Below, piece by piece: positions 11,373 through 23,700 of a DNA stretch of 64,000 nt. The position numbers and the translations under genes were made by a program. Position 1 is the first letter of the stretch. Each line of letters begins with the position of its first letter. The DNA is from Balanoglossus misakiensis. Lineage: Eukaryota; Animalia; Hemichordata. The notes below the pieces were generated by a model that did not search any database, was not told where the DNA came from, and was given only the letters and a program-made list of their open reading frames with translations. The DNA is taken from assembly GCA_040954595.2 (NCBI GenBank), contig CM082576.2:3756760-3820759 (forward strand). Reading direction: 5' to 3'.

Positions 11373-14300
11373 CATGTGTGTGCGGGTGTGCGTGATGATA
11401 GAGTGTGTGAAAAGGTGTGCTTGTTCCTGTATAAGTGGATGTGTGCATGTGTTGTGAATGTACCATACACATACATGTAGTAATTTGTGTTTGTGTTTGT
11501 ATGTAAGTAAATAGGTAAGGATTTGTATGTGTAAATTGATATGTGTGTGAGTGTGTGTGTGACACGTCGTGTGTAGTTTGCAAATATGTGTCTGGGCAAT
11601 CATTTATGTATCTCAGTATCCATAAAATGCATAAATTGGTATTTATGTTTATATCAATATGACTGCATGTGTGTTGATCTTTTATTGATATTTCCATATC
11701 ACTGGCTGTTTTTAATACTTGTCATTTTCAACTTGAAAAATCTTTGTTTTGTTTTTCTCTTTACAGTGTATAGTAAATGATGCCAACTACGGCCCGCTGG
11801 TGGACAACATCAAACAGTATCCTTTTCCTGAGACTGCCGATCGATCGATAATATAAGCTTTTGAGATCAAATCACCTGGAAGAGGTTTTGACTTCAAACT
11901 CATGTTCAAGTCACAAGGGTGAAAGGCAGGATAACTTGTAGTTAATGGCTTTTAAGTACTTAGCATGATAAACACACATCTATGGTGAGAGTGAAACCAT
12001 ATAAAATATTGACTCGCATCCAGGATTGATCATGAAAGTCATCCGTTCTGAGTCCAGCCGAAGCGTGTGCCCGGGGAATTTGCACGTAATGGGCGAATTC
12101 AGTTCGTGAGAAGTCTTCCCATTTCTCCCGACATGATTATCATTATCAGTATTATTCCCATTTCATATATATTGTTATCACCCATTCTCTTCCTGTTGTA
12201 ACATTCATCTCGTTGCAGCGAGCCCATTTGCAGCCCTTTCATCTTCGTCCTTGGCGACACATAACATCCAATTTAGACAGCATAAACTGATAGTGCGCAT
12301 GCTTATTTCATAGCGACACTTTTGACAGTAATATCAAAAGTGGAATTTATAAAAAAAAACATAACAGTCACGGACTGCTGGCTTCTGTGACCCTATAAAT
12401 AGCACAGACAATAGAACACGTAAATTAGATGTGTCGATTCTAAAGTTGATTTTTGCAGACGCCAGACAACCAGTTCATTTTTTGCCGTAAATAATTGTTA
12501 CCTGAAATATATTTGAAATATTATTGATGGCTCACTGTAAAAACAGGCACTGCTCAATATACAGGGTTTGAAATTTTTGAAACCCTGTCAGCATTAAGTT
12601 TTGAATTCTTTTTATCCATAAAAGTATAATCCATCATCAAATGTCTGTATGAAGACTATGATTGTTGTCATTTCACTGGTTTAAAGAGGAAAATGATAAT
12701 TTTTGGCAACAAAATGTATTCCACTGTCAATGTAAACAGCATGGAGGTGCTGTATCTGTGGGACATATAACTGAAATGTGCTTTTGAACATTTTACAGTC
12801 TTGCCATGGTCACAATGTGTTGTTTTCCTGTCAGTGTTGAGTATATGCATATTACTATGTGTAGGAGTTTTGTGTGATCGTTCAGTTTCAACATCTCTGA
12901 TGTCAGACTTGGGCTCTTCACTATACTAGTGTGTGATGCCCCCACCCTGTCAAATTACAACAACACCCACAACAGGTGCACAGAATGTTGTGCCCAAGCA
13001 AGAGTTAATTTAAAGCATTTTCAATGCATTTTGCAAAAATGTGCCTATTTTAAGGATTTTTTTTCGTGTTTTATGTTACCACCTGACTCATCCTGCCACA
13101 GGCCTTGCAGTAAGAAATAGAATAGAAGTGTCACTCTCATAAAAACAGGTCCAAAAGTAGGCTTGAAATAGCACCTGTGATGAGACAACAGATGCATCAT
13201 TGACAAAAGTTTACCCAATACTTTTTATCTGCATTGGATAAACTGCTATATTTAGCATCCAAAAGATAATCAAGCGGTATGTCTTTTCCTTTCCGCTCTT
13301 AACAAACAGCTTGATAACAGCAGTGATAGTCCAGATACTGACATAGAGATATTTTAAGAACTGGGGGGAATTGATTATAAAGTACAAAATTCAAAAGAAG
13401 GTGCCAGACGCTTAAATGATTCAAGTTTCGTTAAAAAATTACTTTTGTTTTCATTCCACACTCTGAAGTAACTGTAAAATTGTTGAATACTGATTGCTGT
13501 TTGTTTTGTTCCAAAATGAAAAATGGAAAATATGTATTTGCATGTATGCATACAGGCTCAAATGTTGTGAGCACTGCCAAATTCTACATTCAGTTGAAAA
13601 TAGTGAGGATGACATCATACACACTGTTGTTAAAGCCTTTTTTTGCATGAAGTTCGGACGAACTGTCATGGCTGGCTGCACGAAAGAGAAATCACCATAA
13701 CGACATTTGGCAATCATCAACAATGGCTTCAGCTCGGCTGAATGTATTTTTATAGACCGCACAGACCTTTGCAAAAGGATTCCGAATAGAGGGAAGCATA
13801 TTGAGAGAAACTCAGTGCATTTGTGATAAATGGCAGAATGGGAATGTGAAGAAGGGCCCATATGCCGGTATCATCTTGTGCATTTTTTACTGTTTTTATT
13901 TCCACGTTTAATGAGTTGTGATCGGAGCAATGGCCCAACCAAGTGCCTTTATGGTTCATTTCAGGCACTTTAAACCTGTTTTATCGGTTGGTACCAAAAA
14001 GACGTTGTCACCACTAAGTACAAAAGAGCCCATATTTAGCAGAGCTGAATGTATGTCTGCACTTGTAAAAGAAAAAACACACGCAATATTGTATTTACAC
14101 TATTCAGACACTATAAAATTTCGATAAAAAGTGTTACTCTTAAATGTGAGAGTTGCTAACAGCAGAGTTGAACAAATGCGATGCCTTCTGTCTCTCCGTC
14201 CGTCTATCCATCCATCTGTCTGTCGTAAGTTTGGTAGCAAAAATACAGCATGCCTTAAACTCTGACATTCGTGTCCAGTCAGCTGTTTGTGAACTCAGTA

Positions 14301-17300
14301 GACCAGAGACTAGGTCATCACTGATGACATTTTCATCACAGAAATATTCCATTTTGATTGGTTTCTTTAAAATCATAAAAATGAACTGCTAAATAATAGA
14401 TAATGCTACTGCACCATCCTGCACTAATGACAAAAACTATTGGGTCTCCATTGTTTTACTTAATTTTCTTTTGCAATCCCTGGTACCAATTTATGCCTGA
14501 TACCAAGCTCAGTTCAGCTGAGGTAAGATAATTACCCATCGTAAGATTGAACAACAAAATGTGCAATAAAAAGGTCCTGTAAAAATTAATAAATTTCATC
14601 TCCCAGTGCCGAGCATGTCTAGTTTTGATGGTTGTTGGAAATTGCGTCCTGGGATGCATTTTTGATCTCCCCCCTGATGAAAGTTGCTTTATCTAAACTA
14701 CTGGAAAATTACACAATAAACGGAGTTTGGCGATATTAAAAAGACATGGAGATTGGCCACTTATTGGCGTAGCAGCCTTTTCCACAAAAGCGATCATATT
14801 GCTCCGTTGTAATATCAGTTTTGATGATGGAAGCGCCATTTTAGAGGTTCAAAGACGCTGTTTAGCTTTCTGTTCATGTATTAGTGCAAAAGATCAGCAT
14901 TAAGTTTACATTTATGGCTTAATATGTGCAATTTCCTTGGGAATAGATTTTTCCATATCCATCAATTTATTTGGGGCGAAACCGTGGCAGAAAAACGCTG
15001 GCATCGTTGATGGTTTGCTTTGATTAGGAAGTAATGCAAGGGAAATGACTCAGCAGGTCACAGCATTCTCATAAAAGTTGATTCTTCTTGGAGAGAATAC
15101 TTGGGGAGAAAATTTTGATTTACTGCCCCAAATGCATCCCGTCGCCCGAGTCGGAGATAAACGCAAATCGAACAAGATTCCAGAGTGATGAACTCCATGG
15201 CCTTTGTATCATTTGCTTTCCATTATCACTTGCAATTATCCAGATGAGGTACTGTGATGATGCGTGTATCCAGCGTTTTTTTTCTTTCTGTCCTAGTCAG
15301 GTGGTTTGGTAAGTGCCTTGTATGGAGAGCTCCCTCCCCTGCAATCTCTTCTCTTGTGATTGTTGGCAATTGACAAAGTGAACATTAAAGCTTGGCTGTG
15401 TGATTTTCCCCCGTGCCTATTGGGGGCTATATTTCATCCAGGTTTTTTTTCTGCCCTTTGTGCTTTTTTTTCTTCTTGAAGTACCTGAACGGCGAGACAC
15501 AACTGGAAAGGTACTAAAAATGGCACATTTGGCTGACTGGGAAAATGGGAAAAAAACAGACAAAATCAATTCCGGTAATGCCTTTCAGTGCACAAGACGT
15601 CAAAGGTAAACTACATGGTCAAAATTGGAGGGGGTCAGTTTGGCTGTCTAACCAGTTGTAAATCGAAATCTTCTCTAATATTCTGTGCAAGAATTAAGGG
15701 AATTTAAGGAATGAAAACTTTACCTGAGAGAACATCCACTCTCAATCAATGTTTTAGTGTATCACATTTGAAAATTGCTCAATTTCGTTTGCACTGAAGG
15801 TCATTGTAATCATAACGTGTATTTGTTCTCTTAGGGAAAACGTGCAAATGACCCATTTTTGTGACTCTGTTTTTATTAATATAATCATTCATGTCTGAAA
15901 TATTATAATGGCTACAATAGACCCAATGACACATTCATCAGTCATAAAGGAAATCTTCCCTAACTCATTATGTCAGCTCTGTTGGTGCCGAGTACGAGTT
16001 CATATTGCAGGAAAAACTACACAATAGGGGACTGGCATTTCTAGGTAAGCTCTTGTTTTTACAAAACTTTTTCTTATAACTTTTTAAAGATGTTTTCATG
16101 ACAAAACAAAAAATATTTGCATTGTTCCTCCTGCGTGGCATAATGTTGGACTGTTCTATTGGGTTGAATGGGGTGGAGGGGAGGTGCGATGGAAGTGGCA
16201 GATGAATCAAACTCTGACTGCCCCCCCTCCCCCCTCCCCATTCACATCCATGGTTTATCCGGTATTATCTCCTGTGGATCAGCTGTATCTCTTCCAAGGA
16301 AGACCTGAAGTGGAATTGGAAACAACGATCTCCCAAAAAGGGAGTGGCACATTTTTGGGAGATCTGTGAATAAAGGCTGATTTATGATCGGTTCTTGCCA
16401 AATTTGAGCCAATTTAGCTCAACCAATATTCCAGGCTGGAGAACAGACCAGATAGACCGAGCCTGCAAAACATCCAGTTGGTCGCAAGTTTTGATCATGT
16501 GATGTCATCTCTCCTCAATGCGTAGCCAGTCAGCTCTGCACAAAATAATAAAAAAAATTACAGACATTTTATTTTTATGGTAGCAAATGGTGTCAACAAC
16601 TGGTGCCATAAAAAGTGGAGAAGGGTTGCCTTTTCGCTTTTTTGAGTGATGTACTTTGCGCGCTCCAGAATCAATGACCTGAAAAATGTACTATCACTGC
16701 AGCAGTGCTCTTTATACGATTCTCATTGACTATTTACAACCTAGACGTTTGCCCTTTTTTTGAGTCTGATACTGTAAACCATCAGTCAATCATGCGAAAT
16801 GAGAACCAATTGGGAGCGAGTTTTTAAGAGCACCCGAACAGAATGCCAGGATCCTGGGCAGATTTCCAAAGTCGGCTGTCGACGAACAAAAAATAATAAA
16901 AGAACGATATGGACTCGGTAATGAGTGTTTTAGAGTGTAATTAAGAAACTCCCGATTACTATTAAATTCAAGTGGGATCATTTTACATTAAGGTGAATTC
17001 ATCTCATAAAGAAACTTCCATGTCAAGCCCTCTCTGTAAAAGAATACTGATTACATTTAGAAAGTATTCACAGAGAAAAAAAAATAATCGACTCCTTGTT
17101 GAACACTGAAGGATGTTTTGAAAAAAATTAACGGCAATAATTTACCAGCGGTGTCTGTCGCCATTTTGTGGTGAAAATGTGCAAATTAGACACTCTTTTT
17201 ATGATGGAGTGAATTTGATTATTTTATAATAGATGGTGCCTCCTGCCAGTAGGATGCATGGAGTGATACGGGATTTGCTAATAACCCTCGGTAAATCTGG

Positions 17301-17694
17301 TATCCAGCTCTCTCATCACAGCAGTGCTTGGCTTGCATATTCAGATTTTCATGATGACATTTTTGCCCCCTCAGACAACAGTTGGGGGAATGATGGATGG
17401 TTCTTGCTGGAGATTTGTTTGTTTTGTCAAAAGATCACTAATGGTGCAGTTAGGATGCAAGCACACAGTTCTGGATCATTAGCTTTCCAGCTTTTTTGTC
17501 ACTTGCAATTTACACGACACAAAATAGGGAGCTTTAGCCATCCAGAAACAAAGATGTGTGTGTCCTCAGCACCTCAGCATAGAGAGATAGGCAGAGAGAT
17601 ATAGGTCACAGAAAGATATCTTTCTGTGACCTAGTGTTTCTCTGTCTCTGTCTGCCTCTATGTTTCTGGCTCTTTTTCTGTCTCTGTCTGTCTG

Positions 17695-17734
<40 letters not shown>

Positions 17735-20700
17735 CCTTCCCTTCCCCGCTGATTTCTAAGTTTCAAGATCCAGAAATATTGAAATTCTATGAAGTTTTCC
17801 GTGACGCCAAAGTTCTGTCACATGAGCAGATCCACTTCTAACAGTCCCTCCTTCACCACCATGTCATCAGCTGTGCCAAGTTTTATCTCTCGTGAAAGCT
17901 TAAAGTTGTCTAGCTTGCCATCAACGATTGGCACAGGACATGTTCTTGAAGAGCTCTGTCGATGTAGTATAGATGGTTTACAGTTAATGTCAGTGGAGGA
18001 AATGGTGTAAACATGTTATTCTCTGAGAGAAATCTGTGAATTAGGGCAATTAAGTATAAAATTGGTTGCAGTAGACTTTCACCAATCCAGCAGTGAGCAC
18101 CCCAAAAAATCTTGAGTTGCTTTGATTGCATGCTGTTGTGAAAATAGGGAAAGGTGGTGATTGAACAACTTTAAAACCATTTGAATTGTGTCAAAATTCA
18201 AAAATCTTTGCTGTCCTCTTTTGTTTTCATGTAGTTATTCATTTTTTTGAAAGTTAGCAGTTTTTGTTTGGGATATATAATTTATTTTGTGTATATACAG
18301 GTGAAAGGTGGTGGCCTGTTATCGGTTGATGTCAACATTGAAAGCAAAATTGCTGCTTGTAATTAATGTTTTCAGTTGCCACTCCAAAGATTGTAAAAGA
18401 AGGATATATTTCTTTGTACCAGTCATTTGAAATGGCATGTTCTGTCAGATATCCTGTCAGAATGTTTTCTTAGGATTATGTCATATCTGTGAAAAGTAAC
18501 TCTCTTTTGTATCTTGCAATGATTTATTCATGTGATCCTAATAAGTTTTAGGAAGTTTTCAGAAAGCTGTCAGCAAGTTTGGGGAAACACTCATTTTCCG
18601 TGTCAGATGTAAGATTATTCCGTCATACCCGAACAATTACTGTGCCCCCGGGGTACGTAGGGTTGTTGACCTACTTGTCTTGAGTTGCAGCTCTACCCAA
18701 CAAAAAGTCAACAAAAAACACCTGAGAATAATGGATCAGGAAAGTGACAGGGCACAAACAGTGGAGCCTAAACACACAAGCAAACAGTTTTTTTGACAAA
18801 CTCGGTGGTAGCGTGGGTCATGCTTCTTGATCCTGTAAAGATAGGCTCCTGATACTACCAGCCTCGGCCGAGGAAAGTGGTGTCGAAAATAGATTCGGGG
18901 CGGGCTGCCGGTGTGACCTGCTTTTTTTGTGAAAAACGAAACACTTCATTATAGAAGCACCTCTCCATTTCAGCAGAAGTTAGATGCTTTCATCGGAGAG
19001 ATTAGGTTTGTAGAAAGGGCGCTGGGGCAATCAGGCATGTTTAATCAACTCCAGCATGTATATTTCTATGTGTGTAAAACTGGGCAACTGCCGTTTCATC
19101 ACCGAAGAAATCATCTGAACGAGTCCGCTCGTCATCACCAGAATACCTAAGTAAGACAGCCAATCACCCAAATTATCGGAAAATTGTCTTCAGTAATGCC
19201 CTCGTAAAATAAGATGCAGCCAAATTTGGGATTATTTTTGTGTTGTTTTCATGAGGGTAAAAGATTCAGATAAAATGCCGTTATTCGGTAAATTAATTTT
19301 TTTTTTTTGAGTTGCTGCAGAATAAATACCTCCATTAACAAGCAGAACGATAAATTTGCGTGTGAGTTAGTAGCAGTTTATTGAAAGTGGACAGACTACC
19401 GTCCTTGTCTTTTTTATTATTGGACTTTGATTGCGCATTCAGACTTCAAATTCTTTTTGATTTTCTGTAATTTTCTCTCAGTCGACCCACATGGCGTGAA
19501 CCTAACCCGGAATAAAAGTCAGAACGAAATAATATTTTCTCAAAAATTGTGAAAGATTGAAGGAATTAGCATTATCATCCCAGGGTCTTTTTTATTGCTG
19601 TTGTAATGTCTGAATTAATCAAGCGATGTTGTTTGTGGTCCTACTTCAAGCTGATCTTATTCTTCTTCATTTTAAGAAACTTCACTGTGACAGAGGGAAT
19701 AACCTAGCTGACTTTGTGCATGTATCACTATGTGTAGTACGTAGTTGATCATGTCTGAAAATTGCAGTATTCTCCGCTTTGCCATGCGCAATATGCACAT
19801 ACCTGTTTCAAATTGATGTTAGCAACCAATCAAATATCAGTATAGAATATTAATGTTTTGATCAAATCAAATTTCAAGTACATAAATACATTGTCGTAGC
19901 TGTAAGGTAAAACCCCAGGAAAAAAACACCTTTACTTCCCATCTCAGCCTAGTATAATTTTAACATCGTTTCAGGGATATAGTGGAAACTATCTATTTTT
20001 TCATGCGTTGACAGTAGACAACATTACTAAGGAGCTGTACAAATTTGTCAAGGATCGCACTTTACAGTGGTAACAACTTTGATTTGTGACTCAGATCACC
20101 AAGAAAAAAAGCTGTGGCAGACACATCTTGTAAAATTGCACGCAAGGAGTAAATCGCTTTCACTTTTGTGGCCTCGGGTATTAGCACCGTTAGGTATTAG
20201 CACCACACATGATTACTTAGATGAAATCATAACATGCACGATAATATTTTTTTTTTCATTTCCCCCACGTAAATTTGCAGATAACTTTCAGGACCTTTTA
20301 TGATTTCCAAGGTATAAGGCTTAACAGTTCACTATAAATAACGAGATTGCGTTGTCATTCTTTGAAAGGGTAGCCGTACCTTCTGTCATGCTGTCTTACC
20401 GTAAATTTTCCAAACATTGCTCTGGTTTTAAAATGTTCTTGTCCTTCTTGCATATAGTGCTGTGTGTAATTTTGACCAGATTCTTATGCCAGGTGCAATA
20501 ATTTGATTCTTAACCCCCTCCCCCCAAAAAAATCATGTCTTGAGGAATCAATGCGACTGTTTTTTCATTCAAATGATAAGAACTCAGGTAAAAAGTAATT
20601 TGACCTTTTAACTAATATTATGATGCCATTACTGTGAAAATAGGGAAACTGCAGTAAAAAGCGTATATTAATGCTCTTTTAAAATTAAAAATATATTAAT

Positions 20701-23700
20701 CTGCTTGGTGTAATTGCATCGTTTGCTTTTATTGCATCTTTATGAAGATACTTTTACTGTCAGTGACTTCAGCGCACCACATCAGAAAATCCCGAGGCCA
20801 AAAGTATACACCTCGAATTTAAACTGCAAACTCTGACGGAATACATGTTCTCCGGCATATTAAAGCCTCCATAAATTTTCCCAGAGTTTTTATAAAGTAA
20901 TTACATGGAGCTTGAAATTTGTGCAGGGGCCCGACTAAAAACACCATAAATCACCGGCTTCTGATCCAGCATTGTCACCCTGGTTTATCCCAAACTCTAA
21001 GCTTAGTTTACATCCCAATTAACCCTACAATCCACGGGTCACAACATCGGGATAACTCTCGGAATCAGAGGTGTCAGATTTGGCCACATGTGTTTTTCAC
21101 CCGGAGTGTGTCAAGTCATGTTTGTGTATCCAGTCAACTGTACAGCCAGAATGCTGCACTGCCCCCTTTGGAATGTTCCAAACGCTGAAAAATTCGCCCC
21201 TCTTCCTATGCACCCCCCCCCCCCCCCCCCCCCCTTCGAGCTCTGAAGCATGTTTCCGAGTTGAGGTCATGACTCGGATTCCTCTAGTTGAATAGAAAAA
21301 TATAGCACAGGCTCCTCATACAGCAATGATGAATTTTCTGTAGGATGAATTTTCTACATACAAAGAACTGCCTGTAAAATCACCAATATGACTTGCTCTT
21401 TGCGTCCTATGCGAAAGTTGGCTGGAAAAGGTGTTCAGTATAGACAGCTTAACCAGACAAGACACGAGGGTTTGGTTCTTAGACATGTAGGTTAATTTCA
21501 CTGAACAGGATTCTCCAGCCAGAAAACAGATAGATCAAACCGTGTCTCCAATGAAAGAGGTTCCCACTGAGACACTTTGAAAACAGACAACCCATCATAC
21601 CATGAAACAGATCGCTCAGCCCAAACACATGTACCGATAAACCTTACAAAAAGGCGCATCTGCATTGCCATCAGTGTGGAAAAACAAATAAGGCATATAT
21701 CTTGGTACAGGTTTCTTAATTTTCCTAGACATAAACACAGATTGTGCTAAAAGTTAGTAAGACACAGAGCCCTAGAAACAGATAGAGAGAGTTTCTTTCC
21801 TTTAAACTTTGATGAATGTGTATTATTGTCGATATTGCCTGCTTCCCTTCCCCTCATCATGTACCCCCTCCCCCTTTTAAACCCTGTACATCCCCCACCC
21901 ACCCCCTCCCCTGCATTACCCATTGGACATATCTCAATCACACATCGCTGTGATTACCTGTGCCCCACCCACATATTCTTCCCTGCTGGCATCAATAGTG
22001 CATCGTATGCCACAAACCACTGGGCCACCTATGCATTGAGCGTCATCACTTTATGGACCAGGAATGTACATGTACGCTCTCATAACATGCAGGCGGGAAC
22101 CATCTGAGCAATCATAGCCGTACTTGATCCACCCAGTAATGTTCCCGCACAGTTAAACACAATTTAACAGCTTTATAGTTCCTTTCAGAAGGGGGGGGGG
22201 GGGGAACTGTTGACCTTGACTTTGTCAAGAGCTATGCCACACGTAACCAGCCCCAGACAAATTGTCTGCAATTTCAGAGACGACAAACCATCATACACTC
22301 AGAATCCTCAGCGTAAAAGTAAAAAAAAAAAGGAGAAGAAAATAACTGGTTTAGAAGATGACACAGGGTCACTAAGCTGCCGCAGGACTTGCCCGCCTCC
22401 ATATATCAACATGATGGATAGCGCGGGAGGTTAGCCTGCCAAGTCCATTTACCTACCCCGAGAGTCCCCGAAGACTGAAAACATTTACCAAGTTAATTCA
22501 TCAAAATGTAATACTAGACATCCGAATGTAATTCGAGACAAGTTTTGCCTTGCCCAGAGGCATACAATGAGCCAAGTGGGACCGGGTTTTGTTGAACATC
22601 ACATCACAATATCACAATTTCTTTTCTGCACTTGATGAACTACTAATTGAAACATTTCTCATCTGCGATATTTCCTGCTTGACGACTTTGCCAGCCAATT
22701 CAAAGAGCTGTTGCTGTCGCAAATGTACTTTTAATGAAGATATTCATGACTGAAAAAGGGAGAGGAAAATGCACCCTTTGGCCAAAACCCCAGTGGCTTT
22801 CGCAGTTGGGCAATAAAAACTTCCCTTGTAGAGAGCTTTAAATGAAATTTGTAATCCCGGGCCTTTTGTGCAGGTGTGGTACCTCATAGACTTGAAATTG
22901 AAAGGAGGGTAATGGTACGTGTAGCGTCTTTCAGTGGGTGTGCCTGCCGTTACAATGGAACTTGCAGCGACTGAAGTAAGTGTGTAGGCAGACTTGTTGA
23001 AGGGGGAATATTTAACACAGAGTGCATCCACAAACACTGCCTCCAAACATTGCCTATTTCAGTGCCGTGTGCTTTGCAGCTGCAAGCTTTGATTCCATCG
23101 TTTATGTAGCCATGGCAACACTTTCCTGTCATAAATTGATATTGATGACACACCTGTGAATGCAATGCAGACTTCCCTGAAAAGATGAAAAGCAAGAATT
23201 TTGAAAATATTCAGCAACTACACGAAATTGATGGACCACTGTCCTTCGCTCTCTTTTGTTGAAGCAAAAGATGTAAAAAAAAGTAGGTTCATCTGTCAAA
23301 CACTGACTTGTCAACAAAATTCACACGTGGGTAATGTTGGCAAAAGTCTTGACTTTGGTTTTCGACAATACTGGTACTTGCTTACAAATGTACTGAGGCT
23401 GTATTGACAACCTGGGTGTTGGACATTTCAACATACTTGGGGAAGCAATAAAAGTTGGTGCAGACCCTGCACACAGTGACATCCGTGAAATTTTCACTGA
23501 AGTTCCAGTGACTCTTTAGCATCACTCAGACAAAGCTAAGTTAAAGGATAGCATGATGTTGTGACTTAAATATGAACATATTTGTTTTGTAATTCAGAGA
23601 CAAAATGACTAAACCACAAAGCATACAATTCTTTAATGGATTCCTGTGAAGGTTAAGTGCAAGGACAGTGCATTAAAAAAATTCCTGGGTACATATGTGA

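Noticed and set aside
12561-12588. Short hairpin ACAGGGTTT...AAACCCTGT as a collapsed Tc1-like element
   Set aside because: Only a 9-bp stem and no matching TA duplication on the right; could be chance.
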